Assembly (NCBI GenBank): GCA_014905635.1 | Contig: JABVCE010000010.1 | Location: forward strand, 496,001 to 560,000 | Origin: Scenedesmus sp. PABB004 | Lineage: Eukaryota | Direction: 5' to 3' | Length of the DNA: 64,000 bases | Shown here: in pieces, positions 21,340-33,064 of the stretch | Numbering within the stretch: position 1 is the stretch's first letter | Layout: each line of letters begins with the position of its first letter | Notes under the pieces: model-generated | The model's input: only the letters and a program-made list of their open reading frames with translations | Told to the model about the DNA's origin: nothing | Databases searched by the model: none | Made by a program: the position numbers and the translations under genes

Positions 21340-23900
21340 TCAGCACTGCATGAGGCGCATGCACTTGATCGCGCAGCGCGCGCGCGCGCCCTGCCCCGGC
21401 GTGAGCGTGCGCAGGCAGGTGCGGTCCCCGTAGGACATGAGGTTGTTGTAGTTGTTGTAGTACTGGTCGCCCGCGGGGAAGCCGACCGCGCTCGTGCACG
21501 ACTGCTGCGCGTACGCGGTGTTGTTGGTGTACGCGCCCGTCTTCGCGTCGCAGCCGACGAAGCGGAGGATGTCGGTCACCGTCGACGTCGCGTTCAGGCT
21601 CTGCGCGGGCGTGTCGCGCACGCCGTCGCTGCGGCCGGCGATGATGTCGGCCGGCGCCGTCGACGCGGAGCCGGCGCACTGCGTGCCGAGCGACGGCTTG
21701 CTCCACGAGCGCTCCTCGTACCACGTGTGGTGCAGCATCTGCGGCGGCGGCCGCGGCGCCGCGGCGGCGGCGAGCGCGCGTGGGTGTGTGGCCTGCAGGC
21801 CGCCGCCCGCCCCTGCGCGCCGCCGCGTGCCGCGGCGGTGGGCCCACACCAGCTGGTGCCCGATCTCGTGCGCCAGCGTCGCGCCGCTGTCGGCGAGGCC
21901 GCCGTCGACCATGGAGCGGGCGCCCATGTCGGGCAGCGTCTTCTCAAAGATGAACACCCTGGCGGCGGCGACCGGGTGACGGCGGCGCAGGGGCGGCGGC
22001 ACGGGCGGCACGGGCGGTCAGGGCGGTCAGGGGCGCGGGCACGACGGGGCTCGAGCGGGCGGCGGCGGCGGCGGCGGCGGCGCCCCCGGCGGCGGCGCAC
22101 CAGTTTGCGCACGCGGGCATCGCGCCCGTGGCCATGTAGCTCGGATACAGCGTGACGCCGAGGGAGTTGCCGCTGCGCGGCGGACGCAGCGCCCGGCCGC
22201 TCGGCCCGCCAGCCGGCCGCGCGCGAGGGCGCGGCGCGGCGCGCAGCCTGGCAGCCCCGCGCGGCGCGCAGCTTGGCAGCCCGGGGGCGCCCTGGCGCGC
22301 GCGCGCGCCGCACCCGAGGTGCGTCGGCGCGGTCATGACGTTGATGGCGAGCGCGTCGCCGTGGCGGGTCTGGCGGCACGCCCAGCAGTTGCCGCTCGCG
22401 GCGAGGCAGATGTCGATCTCCATCGGGTCGGACGCCGAGGCGGTGTGGATGACGCCGTCCCACGTGAACGCGATGCCCACGTGCGCGTACACGGCGTTCA
22501 CATAGTCCATCTGCTTCCGCACCAGGTCGGCGGTGAACTTGCCGCCCGTGCACTCGGTGCCGCGGCAGACCTGCCCCGCCGTCCTGCGACGGGCGGCGCG
22601 TCGCGCGCGGCAGCTCGCGCGCGGCGCGCGGCGGCACGCTGCAGCGCAGGCATCGCTGGCAGCGCCGGCAGTGCGGCGCGCTGCGGCGGCGCTGGCAGCG
22701 CGGGCAGTGCGGCGGCGCAGGCATCGCTGGCAGCACCAGCAGTGCGGCGCCGCACCAGTAGACCGGGATGACTATGGGCTCGGCCGGGGGCCCTGTGTCG
22801 GCGGCCTGGCACGCCTGCATCTGCTGCTCCGCCTGCAGCTGGCTGACCGGCACGGCGGCGATGCCCACGCCGCCCGCGGCGGCGGCCGCGGTCCCGACCG
22901 CGTCGGGGTAGGGCGCGTGCGCGCCGCAGTCGCCCGCGCCGTGCCCGGCCGCCGCGGCCGCGGCCGCCGCGACCGCCGCCTCGGCCGCGACCGCGCGCGC
23001 GAGCCCGGTCTGCGCGTCGGCGGCGAGCGCGGCGAGGGACGCCACGCTCACGCTCGGCGCCTCCGCGCCATCGTCGGCCTCGTCCGCGCCGCCGGCGCCG
23101 ACGCTGGCGACGCCGACGGCCGCGGCCGCCGCCGGCGCGCCGGCCTGGCGCCCGCCGCGGCGGCGCTTGCGCGCGGCGTCGCAGCGCGCGCAGGCGGGGC
23201 AGCAGTCGCCCGCCGCGGCGCAGTGCTCGTCACACCAGCACATCCCAGGCATGTAGCTGGCGGGGGCGGCCGTGGCGTGCGGGTCGCGCGCGCCGCGCCG
23301 GCCCGCCGCCCGCGCCGCGGCGGCGGTCGCGAGCGGGCCGTCGCAGTCAGTGAGCGCGGCCTTGTTCTTGGTGGGCGCCAGGTGCGGGCAGAGCGCGTTC
23401 TTGGCGGCCGCGCCGTCGCAGCAGTCCTTGCGGTTGTCGCACCTGCGCCGCGGCGCGCGCGCGCGTGCGCAGCGCGCGTGCGGGCCCGGGTCGGCGGCGC
23501 CGCCGAGCCGGCCGCCGCGCGGGAGCTGTCTGCGGGCACTGGAGCGCTGCAGCCAGCCCTGGCGGCGCGGCGCGCACCAGTAGTCGCAGGCGCAGAGGCC
23601 GCTGGCGGTCTTGATGAACGCCTCGCCGCAGCGCCCGAAGCACGTGCCGGGGACGCACTCGCCGTCCTCACGCTTGTACCCCACGGCGCAGACGCAGCTG
23701 CCGCCCTGCAGGGCGTACGCGGGGCCCTCGCACGAGCTGCACGCGCCGCCCGCGCCGACCGCGGCGCAGCCCGGCGGCGGGGCCTGCCGCGTGCCGGGCG
23801 CCCGGCGGGGGCGGTCCTGCTGGCCCTGCGCGCTGATGCCAGCCAGCGCCGCGACCAGCAGGGCCAGCGCCGCCCAGCGGCGGCGGCACGACGGTGCCAT
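21340..23900 (-). CDS. secreted M43 metzincin with somatomedin-B-like modules, copy B (tandem paralogue), 6 exons
   Basis: Signal peptide; CACDYWCDNRKDCC and CWCDEHCAAAGDCC; GDCG; LAHEIGHQLMLHHTW; NNLMSYG; LTPGQGAR. Confidence 0.85.
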
Positions 23901-24314
23901 CAGGCCGCCGCGGTTGGTTGCTGCCGTCCGGGCGGCGGGCTGAGCTGGCGGAAACGTTCGGGAACCGCAAAATTTCGCAAACGGAGCTGGCGGTGAGCTC
24001 GCGGGACCTGGGGCGGAGAGGACTCGGTCAGTGCGGCACTACGCTAACCGTCGCGCGTGACTGCCAGCCAGCGCCGGCCGAAGAGTGAGCTGCGGGCTGC
24101 CGGCGGCACCTCAGGGGACCAAAGCTGGTTCGGGGCTACAGCGGCGGCTGCTGCGGGGGCGACGGCGGGCGCGCACGTGGAGCGGCAACGTTGCCGCCGA
24201 TCGAGCCGCTCGCACCGACCCAGACGCCCCTGGCACGCACAAATGGCTCACAGCCGCAATCCTCGCGCTGCATTGTCACCCCCGCCGCTGCCCGCCGCGC
24301 GCGCGCCATCAGCG

Positions 24315-24953
24315 TCACATGCGCGGCCCGAGCGGCGGCCGCTGGTCGGCGGGCGCGCCGACGTCGCCGGCCGCGCGCGACGCGGCGATGAGGTCCTGCA
24401 GCTGCTGCACGCTCGCCGTGTCCATGCTCTGCCGCAGCGCGGCCGCGGCCGCGCCGCCGGGGTGCGCGTGCTTGAGCTCGCCCGGGTGTGCGCCCTGGCT
24501 GACGCGCAGCGTGTCGTCCATCACGCTCTCCAGGATGCTCAGCGCGTGCTGCATGCGGTCGACGCGCATCTTCAGGTACTCGCGCTCCTTGTGGAGCTTG
24601 CGCAGGTCGGTCTCCGCGGCCTTGCGCGCGGCGGCCTCCTTCTGCAGGCGGCGGTTGAGGTCCTCCTGGTGCGCCGCCGCCTTGCCGAGCGACTGCTTGT
24701 AGCCCGCGATCTGCTGCTGCAGGCCCTCGTTCTCCCGGCACAGCCGCGCCTCGTGGGCCTGCACCGCGGCGTGGAGGCCGCCCAGCTGCTCCAGCTCGGC
24801 GCAGCGCTGCTCGAGCTGCTTCGACAGGTGCTCCGCGCGCCGCGCCGCGAGGTCGGCGGCCTTGCGGAACTCCTCGCGCTGGCTGTTGGAGCTCTCCAGC
24901 AGCTCCCGCAGCTCCGCGTTCTCCGCCTCCGCGCGGCCGAAGAAGCAGGGCAT
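24315..24953 (-). CDS. single-exon coiled-coil protein
   Basis: gccATG context followed by MPCFFGRAEAENAELRELLE..., an E/L/Q/K heptad-rich sequence with coding-like GC3. Confidence 0.7.
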   Translation of the reverse strand: MPCFFGRAEAENAELRELLESSNSQREEFRKAADLAARRAEHLSKQLEQRCAELEQLGGLHAAVQAHEARLCRENEGLQQQIAGYKQSLGKAAAHQEDLNRRLQKEAAARKAAETDLRKLHKEREYLKMRVDRMQHALSILESVMDDTLRVSQGAHPGELKHAHPGGAAAAALRQSMDTASVQQLQDLIAASRAAGDVGAPADQRPPLGPRM

Positions 24954-25362
24954 GGCGGCGGCGGGCCCGCGCCGCGCACGCGCGCCGCCGGTGCTGCTGC
25001 TGTCCTGCGCCGGCCGCGCCGGCTCGGGCGGGCCGCCGCGGCGCTGCCGCGCACGCCCCCGGGCTTCAGGGGCCCGGGAGGCGGCTGGGAGGCAAGCGAC
25101 GACGAGCTGCGCGCGAGCGAGCGCGGCCCGCGGCGGGAAACGGCGAGCGCGGTGACGCTGGTCGCGGTGGCGCGGCGCGAGGCGCGCGGGGGGGCGAAGG
25201 CGGGACTGGCGCGGCGACTGCGGGGCGCGCGGGAATGCGGGTGGGGGCGCGTCAACAGCTGTCGCGCGTCGGTCAAATACCGCCACGCCGGCGGCGCCGG
25301 TCGCGCCGCCGAGCGCGCCACAACGGGCAATCCGGGCCCGCCCCCGCTAGATAGACAGCCAG

Positions 25363-28183
25363 CTAGAAGCGGCTGGCCCCGCTGGCGCCGCTGGCGGCGC
25401 TGCTGCCGCCGCCGCCCGAGGAGAAGGCGCCGCCGCCCGCGCCGCCACCGCCGCCGTAGCGGCTGGCGTGCGTGCGCCAGCGCTGCGCGTCGGCCGCCGC
25501 GGCGGCCGCCGCCGCCGCCTGCGCCGCCGCCTTGGCCGCCTCCGCAGCCGCCGCGTAGCCGCCGTAGTTCCAGCCGGCGCTGTACCCGCTGCTGGCGCTG
25601 CTCGCCGCGCTCGCGGCGGGGTGGTGGTGGCTGCGCGCGTGCGCCGCGCCGCCGCCAACGCTGCTGCCCCCGGCGCCGGCGGCCGCGCGCGCGCGTGCGC
25701 GGTGCATGAGCGCCGCGGTGTCGTGGTGCGCGCGCTTGGCCGCGTCGGACAGCACCGCGTATGCGCCCGTGATGAGCACAAACACCGTCTCCGCCGCGGC
25801 CTTGGCGGCGGGGCCCGCCGCCTTGTCGGGGTGGTGCTTCAGCGCCAGCCGCCTGCGTGGCGGCAGTTGCGGCGGCCGCGGCGGCGGTCGCGGCGGAACG
25901 CGTTGAGCGCGGGCGCGCCTTGGCGCGACGGCGAGGCACGCTCCCGGCGCCGGGCGCCGCCGCCGCCGCCGCTGCCCCCCGCGGCCCCGGCCGGCGCGCC
26001 TGTACGCGGACTTGATCTCCGCGTGCGAGGCGCCCTGCGCGAGCCCCAGCACCGCGTAGTGGTCCGGCCCGAGCCCCGCCGCCGCGGCGGCGCGCTGCCG
26101 CGCCTGCGCGTCGCGCAGCCGCGCGCCCGCGTCGCGGCTGCCCGGCGCGGCGTCGAGCAGCGCCGCGAGGTCGGCCGCCGCGGCGCCGTAGTGCTCAAGG
26201 GCGAGGTACGCCTCGGCGCGGCGCTGGCGGCGCGGGGGCGGCGGCGCGGCGGAGGGGCGGTGCGGGGTGTGAGCTGGCCGCCGGGCCGGCGCGCGCGGCG
26301 CGGCGCGGCGCGACGCGGCCCACCTGCAGCACTCGGGGTAGTGGGGGTCGAGGTGCGCGGCGACGCAGCAGTCGGCCACGGCGTCGAGGTGATGCCCGCG
26401 CGCGTGCGCCGCCGCGGCGCGGTTGCAGAGCAGCACGGCGTTCAGCGCCGCGTCGTCCACCTGCGGCGCCGGCCACGTGCGGTCGGGCGTGTGCAGCCCG
26501 CTGCGCGCGTGTGCGGCGGGGGCGCAGCCGCGGTTGGCCGCACCTGCAGCGCGAGCGCCTCCGAGTAGGCCGCATGCGCCGCGTCGTACCGCTGGGCCTG
26601 ATACAGCCGGTTGCCCTTCTGCAGGCGGCGCAAGGCGGGCAGCACGGGGCGGCGCGGTTCGCTCAACCACGCACGCGGTTGGGCGCTGCGCTGTGCGTGC
26701 CCGGCCGCCCGCCCGCCCCGCGCGGGCGCCCCGCCGCCGCACCTGCTTCAGCGCCTCCGCCGCCTGCCGGCGCTCGCGCAGCGCGCCCGCGTGCGCCTGC
26801 GCCGCCCGCAGCGCCGCGTTCTCGGCCTCGAGCTGCTGTGCGCGCTGCTGCAGGTCCACCAGCTGCTGCTCTTGCTGCTGCTCTTGCTGCTGCTCTTGCT
26901 GCGGCGGCGCCGACGGTGGCCGCTCCGGCTGCGGCTCCGGCTGCAGCTGCGGCTCCGGCTGCGGCTGCGGCTTCGGCTGCTGCGGCTGCGGCTGCGGCTG
27001 CGGCTGCGGCTGCGGCTGCGGCTGCGGCTGCGGCTGCGGCTGCGCCTGCTGCCCCTGCGGCCGCGGCTGCCGGTCTCCGCTCGGCTCTCGGCCTGGTTGC
27101 TGCTGGTCCGGCTGCGGCAGCTCGTCCGGCTGCTGCTCCGCCTGCTCCTGCTGCTGCCGGCTCTCGCGCATGGCCTGCAGCAGCTCCAGCAGCTGGCGCC
27201 GCTGCTGGTCCTGCTGCTGCTGCGCGGGCGCCACCGTGGGGCGTTGGCTGCCGCCGCCGGGCAGGCGCGCCTGCTTGGCCGCCGCCGCCCACGCGCCGGC
27301 CGCCGCGCCGCCATCGTTCTCCTGGCTGGTGCAGCTGCGCGGCGCGTCGCTGCTGCCGGCGGGCTGCTGCGGGCGCGAGGGCTTGGCGTCCCGCGCGCGG
27401 CAGCTGCCGTCCGCGCTCGCGTTGGCACACCGGCTCGTGGCGTCGCCCAGCGGCTGCTGCGCGGCGCGGCCGGCAGCGCCGCCGAGCCCGCTGACCTCCG
27501 CGGCGGGGACCGCCGTGCTGCCGCTGCTGCTGCAGCTGCTGCCGGCGCTGGCGCTGCGGCTGGGCGCGCCGCTCGCGCCGCCGCCGGCGCCGGCGCCGCT
27601 CGCGCCGCGCTCGCTCGGCTGCGGCTGCTCCTGCGGCGTGCCGGCGGCCTGCTTGGCCGCGATGGCGTGCAGCTGCTGCATGAGCGCCTGTATGTGCAGC
27701 TTGTTGGCCTGCAGCTCGCACTCCATGGCCGCGAGGCGCTGCTGCCACACGCGCCGGTCGTCCTTGGCGGCCGCCTGCAGCTGCTTGGCCTCGCGCTTCT
27801 TCTCGACGTACGCCGCCACCAGCTTGGCGTTCTGCTCCGCCATGTCAATGAGCGCCTCGCGCGCGGTGCGCTTCGCCGCCTTGACCGACTCCTGCGCGGC
27901 CGCGAGCGCTGCGGCGTGCCGCGCGCGGCGCGGGCGGCGGGCGCGCGGCGGTCGGCGGGTTCGCGGCGACGGCAGCGGCGCTCCCCAGCGCCGCGAGGGC
28001 GGGCGCGCTGCCGGCTCCCCCGGAGGGTGCCCTGGTCGGTGCTTCGCTCGCCCCCGGGCGCGCCGCCGCACCCGACGCGAGCGCGCTGTTCTCGGTCCTC
28101 AGCTTGCCCAGCTCCTTGGCCAGCGCCGCCTCCCGCGCGCATGAGAGCAGCAGCTCCTTCACGGATATCGGGTCGGCCGCCAT
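25363..28183 (-). CDS. coiled-coil + TPR + C-terminal J-domain co-chaperone (DNAJC7-like), 6 exons
   Basis: TPRs (AEALKQKGNRLYQAQRYDAAHAAYSEAL; LLCNRAAA; RRAEAYLALEHY) and the J domain DHYAVLGL..EIKSAYRRLALKHHPDK. One 1-nt frameshift near 26336. Confidence 0.88.
26925..27045 (-). repeat. (CAGCCG)n coding Gln-Pro repeat
   Basis: ggctgc tandem hexamers encode QPQPQP. Confidence 0.85.
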
Positions 28184-28472
28184 CGCGGGCGAGCGGGGCA
28201 GCGGCGGCGCGGCTGTTGTTGAGGCCGTCGGCGGCGCCCTCATCGCCGCCGCATGCTGCCAGCGCTCGGGGGCTGCTCGCGGACGCGGGAATGCGCATCC
28301 CGGGACAAGCGGGGGCGCGCGAAACGGGAGCCGCGGCGGCGCGGCGGTTCAAAGTCGCTCCGCGCGCGCACGACAGCTGAGGGCAAAAGAAGCAGACAGC
28401 CAGCAGCCGTGCGCGACGCCTGCATCACGACGCCCGCGGGCCTTGCGCGCGCGCCACGCCGCCGCGCGACCG

Positions 28473-29323
28473 CTACTGCGGCGCCGCCCGCTTCAGCTGC
28501 TCCGCGCGCTCCAGGTAGACCTGCGGCGCCACATCAGCGCAGGAGCTGAGGCACGCAGGCAGGCCGCGCCGCCGCCGCCGCCGCCGACCGCGCCCACGCC
28601 GCCGCCGACCGCTGCTCGCACGCACGGGCGCCGCCGCCAGCAGCGCGCGGACGCGTCCGCCGCGCACCTGGAACCGACTCATGATGGCCGCCTGCACCTC
28701 CGGCGCGGGCTCCAGCTTGTGGCACCTGCGCGCGCGGCAGCACACGGCGCGGCCGCTGGGCGCCCCCCTGGCAGCCAGGCCTGGCGCGCTGCGCTGCCTG
28801 CCGCCGCTGCTGCCCGCCAGCGCCAGCAGGCCGGCTGCGGCCCCCCAGGCCGGCCGCGCAGCCCGCAGCTTGCCGCCCGCCGGCCCCGAGTCGCAGCTGT
28901 GCTGCTGCCCGCCCAGCCGGGCCAGGCGCGTGCGGGGGCTCACTGGTTGAGCGCGTCCAGCAGCTCGAAATAGAGCCGCAGCGCCTCCGTCCCCCGCCCG
29001 GCGCCGTCGGCCGCCGTCGCCGCCTCCGCGAGCCGCTGCGCGCGCGCCTTGGCCGCGCCGTACGCGTCGCCGGGCGGCGCCGCCGCGCCGCCCGCGCTGC
29101 GAGCGGTCTGGAGCGCCTCCGCCGCTGCCAGCGCGTCCCTGAAGGCCGAGAGCAGGTGAGGCGGCGGGGAGGGCCCGTGGCCCCTGATGGCGGCGTCAAG
29201 AACGCCAAGGGCGTCTCGGTAGTGCGCGAGCGCGGCGCCGCCGTCGCCGCCCGCTGCCGCTGCTCGCGCCGCCGCCAGCGACGCCTCCACGCCGGGCGGC
29301 AGCGGAGGCCCAGCGCCCGACAT
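28473..29323 (-). CDS. small MIT-domain protein (probably two MIT-like units), 3 exons
   Basis: AQRLAEAATAADGAGRGTEALRLYFELLDALNQ|CHKLEP..IMSRFQ|VYLERAEQLK matches the MIT pattern (A..D..G..EA..LY ... YL.RAE.LK). Confidence 0.75.
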
Positions 29324-29912
29324 GTCAGCGCGGCATGGGGGCGCCTGCGGCCCGCCGCGGCGCTGCAGCGGCGGTTGGCGGCGCGCGCAGCGAGCTGCCC
29401 ACGCGAACAGCGAGCGCTCCCGGCTGCTGGACGGCTGCTGGGCGGCTGCGCGCGCGACTACGGCTGCAGTGGCGTGGACTGGCGGCCTGGAGAGGCCACA
29501 CCAGCAAAGGGGCGCCGCGTTTCAGGCACGACGAGCCCCCGGGTTTCAGGTCGCTGCACAGCTGCACACGCAGGAGCCGCAGCCCGCTCCCGTCCGGTCT
29601 ATGTGCGGAGCCCGCGCCGCCGCCATGGCATCTCTCTCAACGCCAAGCGCCGCGCCGCCGCGGGGCCGTCCCGCCGCGAGGTGCCCCGCCCCGCCGCCCA
29701 GCCCCGCCCCGGCCCGCCCGCCCGCCCGCGCCGCCCGCTCGCTGCCGCCAGCGATCAGGCCGCGCCGCGCGGGGGCGGCGACTGCCGCCAGCTGCAGGCA
29801 GCGCCCAGCCCCGCGCGGCGGCAGCGCCCGGGTCCCGCCCCGCCCCCCTGACAGCAGCAGCGTCTGCGGCTGCTGCGCGCCGGGCGCGCGTGCGCGCCGG
29901 CGCCGCCGGCGC

Positions 29913-31294
29913 TCAGCCCATGTGCGCGACGGCCTCCGCCTCCTTCACCGCCAGCTCCAGCTCGTTCAGCTTCGCCTCCAGGATCTCGAGCGCCTGCCAG
30001 ATGATCTCGCGCACCTGCGGCGGCGGCGGGGCCGGCGGCGCCGCCGCTCGGCGCCCAGCGCCGCGCCCTGCGCCGCTGCCGCGCTGCGCCCAGCGCCGCG
30101 GCCGCGCTGCGCGCCGCCGCCGCACCGGCAGCGCGCCGGTGCCCTCGATTCGGAAGATGAACGTGTCCTGGCGCTGCTTGATCTCCACGAGCCCCGGCTT
30201 GCCCAGCGCCGCGGCCTTGAGCAGCACCTCGTCGTCAAACGCGTACGCCTCCGGCTCGACCACGCTCACCTGCGCACCGCGCGCGCGTGCGTGCGTGCGT
30301 GTGCGTGTGCGTGTGTGTGTGTTTGTGTGTGGCGGGGGGGGGGGGGGGGGGGGAAGCGGGCGGTCGCCGCCGCCGCAGCGGCCCCTGCCATGCGCCGCCT
30401 GCTGCTGCTGCTGCTGCCGCTGCCGCCGCCGCCGTCTCCCTCTGCCGTGCGCGGCGCCGGCAGCTGCTGCTGCTGCCGCTGCCGCTGCCGCCGCCGTCCC
30501 CTCTGCCGCGCGCCGCCTGCAACGTGGCGCCGCGCCGCGGCGCGCCGCCGCCGCGCCGTGCCGCGCCGCCGGCGCCGCCCGCGCCCGCGCGCCGCGGCGC
30601 GCACCTGGCGCGTGGCGGGGTCGTACTTGAACGCGTTGCGGCTGGCAGTGTGGGGGTTTGAGTTGACAAACTCCTGCTTCTGCTCCTCGCTCAGCTCGTC
30701 CATGAGCGCGGCGTTGAGGGTGATGTCGGCGCCAAACTGGTACACCGCCGTCGCGACCGGGATCCACTTGGCGTGGTCCTTGCCGATTCCCTTGCGCGCG
30801 ATGGCCTTGAGCCGGATCTCCTGGTTGCGGCCGAGCTTGAGGATGACGACCGGCTTCACGCCCGACCCGCTCGCCGCCTGCAGCGCCGCCGTGACGGGCA
30901 CGACCGGGTGCCCGCCCTCAGGCAGCAGGTCCAGGTCGGTGACGTCCATGGAGCGCTCGTCGGTGCACTTGACGGCCAGCGAGAAGCCCACCTCCGCGAC
31001 CTGGCCCTCCACGCCCACCTCCTCGAACGGGCGCACCATCTGCCGCGCAAAGTCGCTCACCAGCGGGATCAGGCCCAGCCGGTGCGCGATGAACTCGTCG
31101 TTCAGCACGCTGGTGTTGTTCTCAAAGTCCACCAGGTCGATGGCGATGGTGGGGACCTCGGCGATGATGATTCGCCGCAGCGCGTTGGCCACCGAGACGT
31201 CCGTGTCGCTCAGCACGAACTCCCCGTAGTCGTCCTCCAGCCGCCGCATCGTAATCTTGGGCCGCCGGTGGCCCCCGGCCACGTACGCGGCCAT
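29913..31294 (-). CDS. RPB3: RNA polymerase II subunit 3, 3 exons
   Basis: Motifs SVANALRRIIIAEVPTIAIDLV, NTSVLNDEFIAHRLGLIPL, KAIARKGIGKDHAKWIPVAT and FIFRIEGTGALP. Confidence 0.96.
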
Positions 31295-31591
31295 GGCGGC
31301 CGCCGCCGCCGCCGGCGCGCCCTCTGCTGCTGCTGCGCCGGCCTCACAGCGGCGCGCGGGCCATGGCGGCGCCCCTGCGCGTGCCGGGTGCGCACGAGCG
31401 GGCTGTCGGCGTGGGAGTGGAGTGGGCAGTATGGCGCGCGGAGCGCGGGGCACGGGCGGCAGCGGCGCGCGGCTGCAGCGGCAGCCGCGCGGGCGGCGGG
31501 GGTTCAGCAGCCGTGTCGGGGCGCCGGGACGCAGCGCTCGGTCCAGTCTCCGTCACAACTCCCTCACCGGCACACCCGCACGGCGACGCCG

Positions 31592-32695
31592 TCAGTCCGG
31601 CGGCGCGGCGGCAGCGCACGCGACCACATGCACCGCTGCCGGCCGCGGCGCCCCACCGCCCGCCGCCTTGCCCTCTGCCGCGTGCGGCATGGGCGCCCTG
31701 CGCGGCAGCGCCGCAAAGCCGCCCGCGGCGTCCAGGCGCGCCGCCCACGCGGCTCCCTGCTCGAGCAGCTGCCGCGCCGCGTCGGCGCCGCACGCGCTCA
31801 CGCAGCGCAGCAGCGTCGCCGGGCGCAGCAGCTGGGCGTCTCGCAGCGGGTCGACCAGCACCAGCGGCGCGGCGGCGCTGGCGGCGGGCCGCAGCGCGGC
31901 GCAGCGCCTGCGCGCGCCGGCGGCGGGCGGGCCTGGCGGCGGCCGCCGACGGCGGCGCGGCGCGGGGCGCGCGCGCCGGCCGGCCCAGAGCCAGGGCCGG
32001 CCCGGCCCGCGCTGCGCCCCGCCCGCACCGCGTCAGGAAGTAGAGCAGGCTGCCGTCGACGGCAGCGCGCCCCCGCCAGGACGCGGCGAGGCGGCCGTCC
32101 ATGACCAGCGGGAGGTGGGCAGAGGCCAGCGCTGTGGCGATGAGGTCAGCTCGATCCTGCGGGGCGCGGGGAAGCGGGGCGCGCGGGCGGCGGCGCGCCG
32201 GTCGGAGCCAGAGCCGGGGCCGGCGCGCCCCTCCCTTGGGCGCGTCGCAGCAGCAGCAGCAGCCGCGCGCGAGCGCGCGCGCACCGCAAACTCGGAGACG
32301 GCGCAGCGCCGCAGCCAGGGCAGGGTCGTGACGACGAGGCGCACGCGCCCGCCGCTGCAGCGCGCCGCCGCGTCGACCGGCAGCAGACCGTCGAGCCACT
32401 CGCGGACGAGGCCGCCCCAGACGCCGAGCAGGCCCAGGGGTCGGTCGTAGACGCCGTGCCGCACGCAGAGCGCGTGCGCCGCGTCGAGCGCGGCCGCGGG
32501 CGGCACGTCGCACGCCGCCAGCACGCTCAGCAGGCCGCCCGCACTGCTCCCGACGCTCGCGACGCGGCGCAGGTCGAAGCCGTGTTCCTGCAGGTGGCGC
32601 AGCACGCCGAGCTGCCAGAAAAAGAGGGCGCCGTAGCCCGGCCAGCTCAGGGTGCACGCAGGCGGGCGCTGCACAGCACATCGCGCGTGCTCCAT
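31592..32695 (-). CDS. patatin-like phospholipase, 3 exons
   Basis: Oxyanion region SWPGYGALFFWQLGV, nucleophile VGSSAG (GxSxG), LASAHLP and VDGS (DGG variant). Confidence 0.85.
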
Positions 32696-33064
32696 CGCCG
32701 CCGCCGCCGCGAGCCCACGCGGGCGTTACAGCGCCCCAGCCGCCGGTGACCTCCGTCGCAGCAGCGTGGGCCTGCTGGGCGCGGGCGCCGAGCTCGCCGG
32801 GGCGCGCCGCGCGCTCGCGACCAGGACCACCAGAATATATGCTGGCGGCGCCTGGCCCGGTGCGCACGCGTGCCCAGGCCGCGCGAACGGCCGCCTGTCG
32901 TCGATTGAATTTGTGTGGGCAGCTGCACCAGCGCTCCGGGCGACGCAGGGCGTGGCGGCGCGCTTTTGCGAAAATGCCCGCCCGCCGCCGCCTCACGCAC
33001 CGCACGCCCGGTCACCGCCCGCCACAGACCGCCTAAGCTCGCCGCACGCACACCCGACGCGTCA

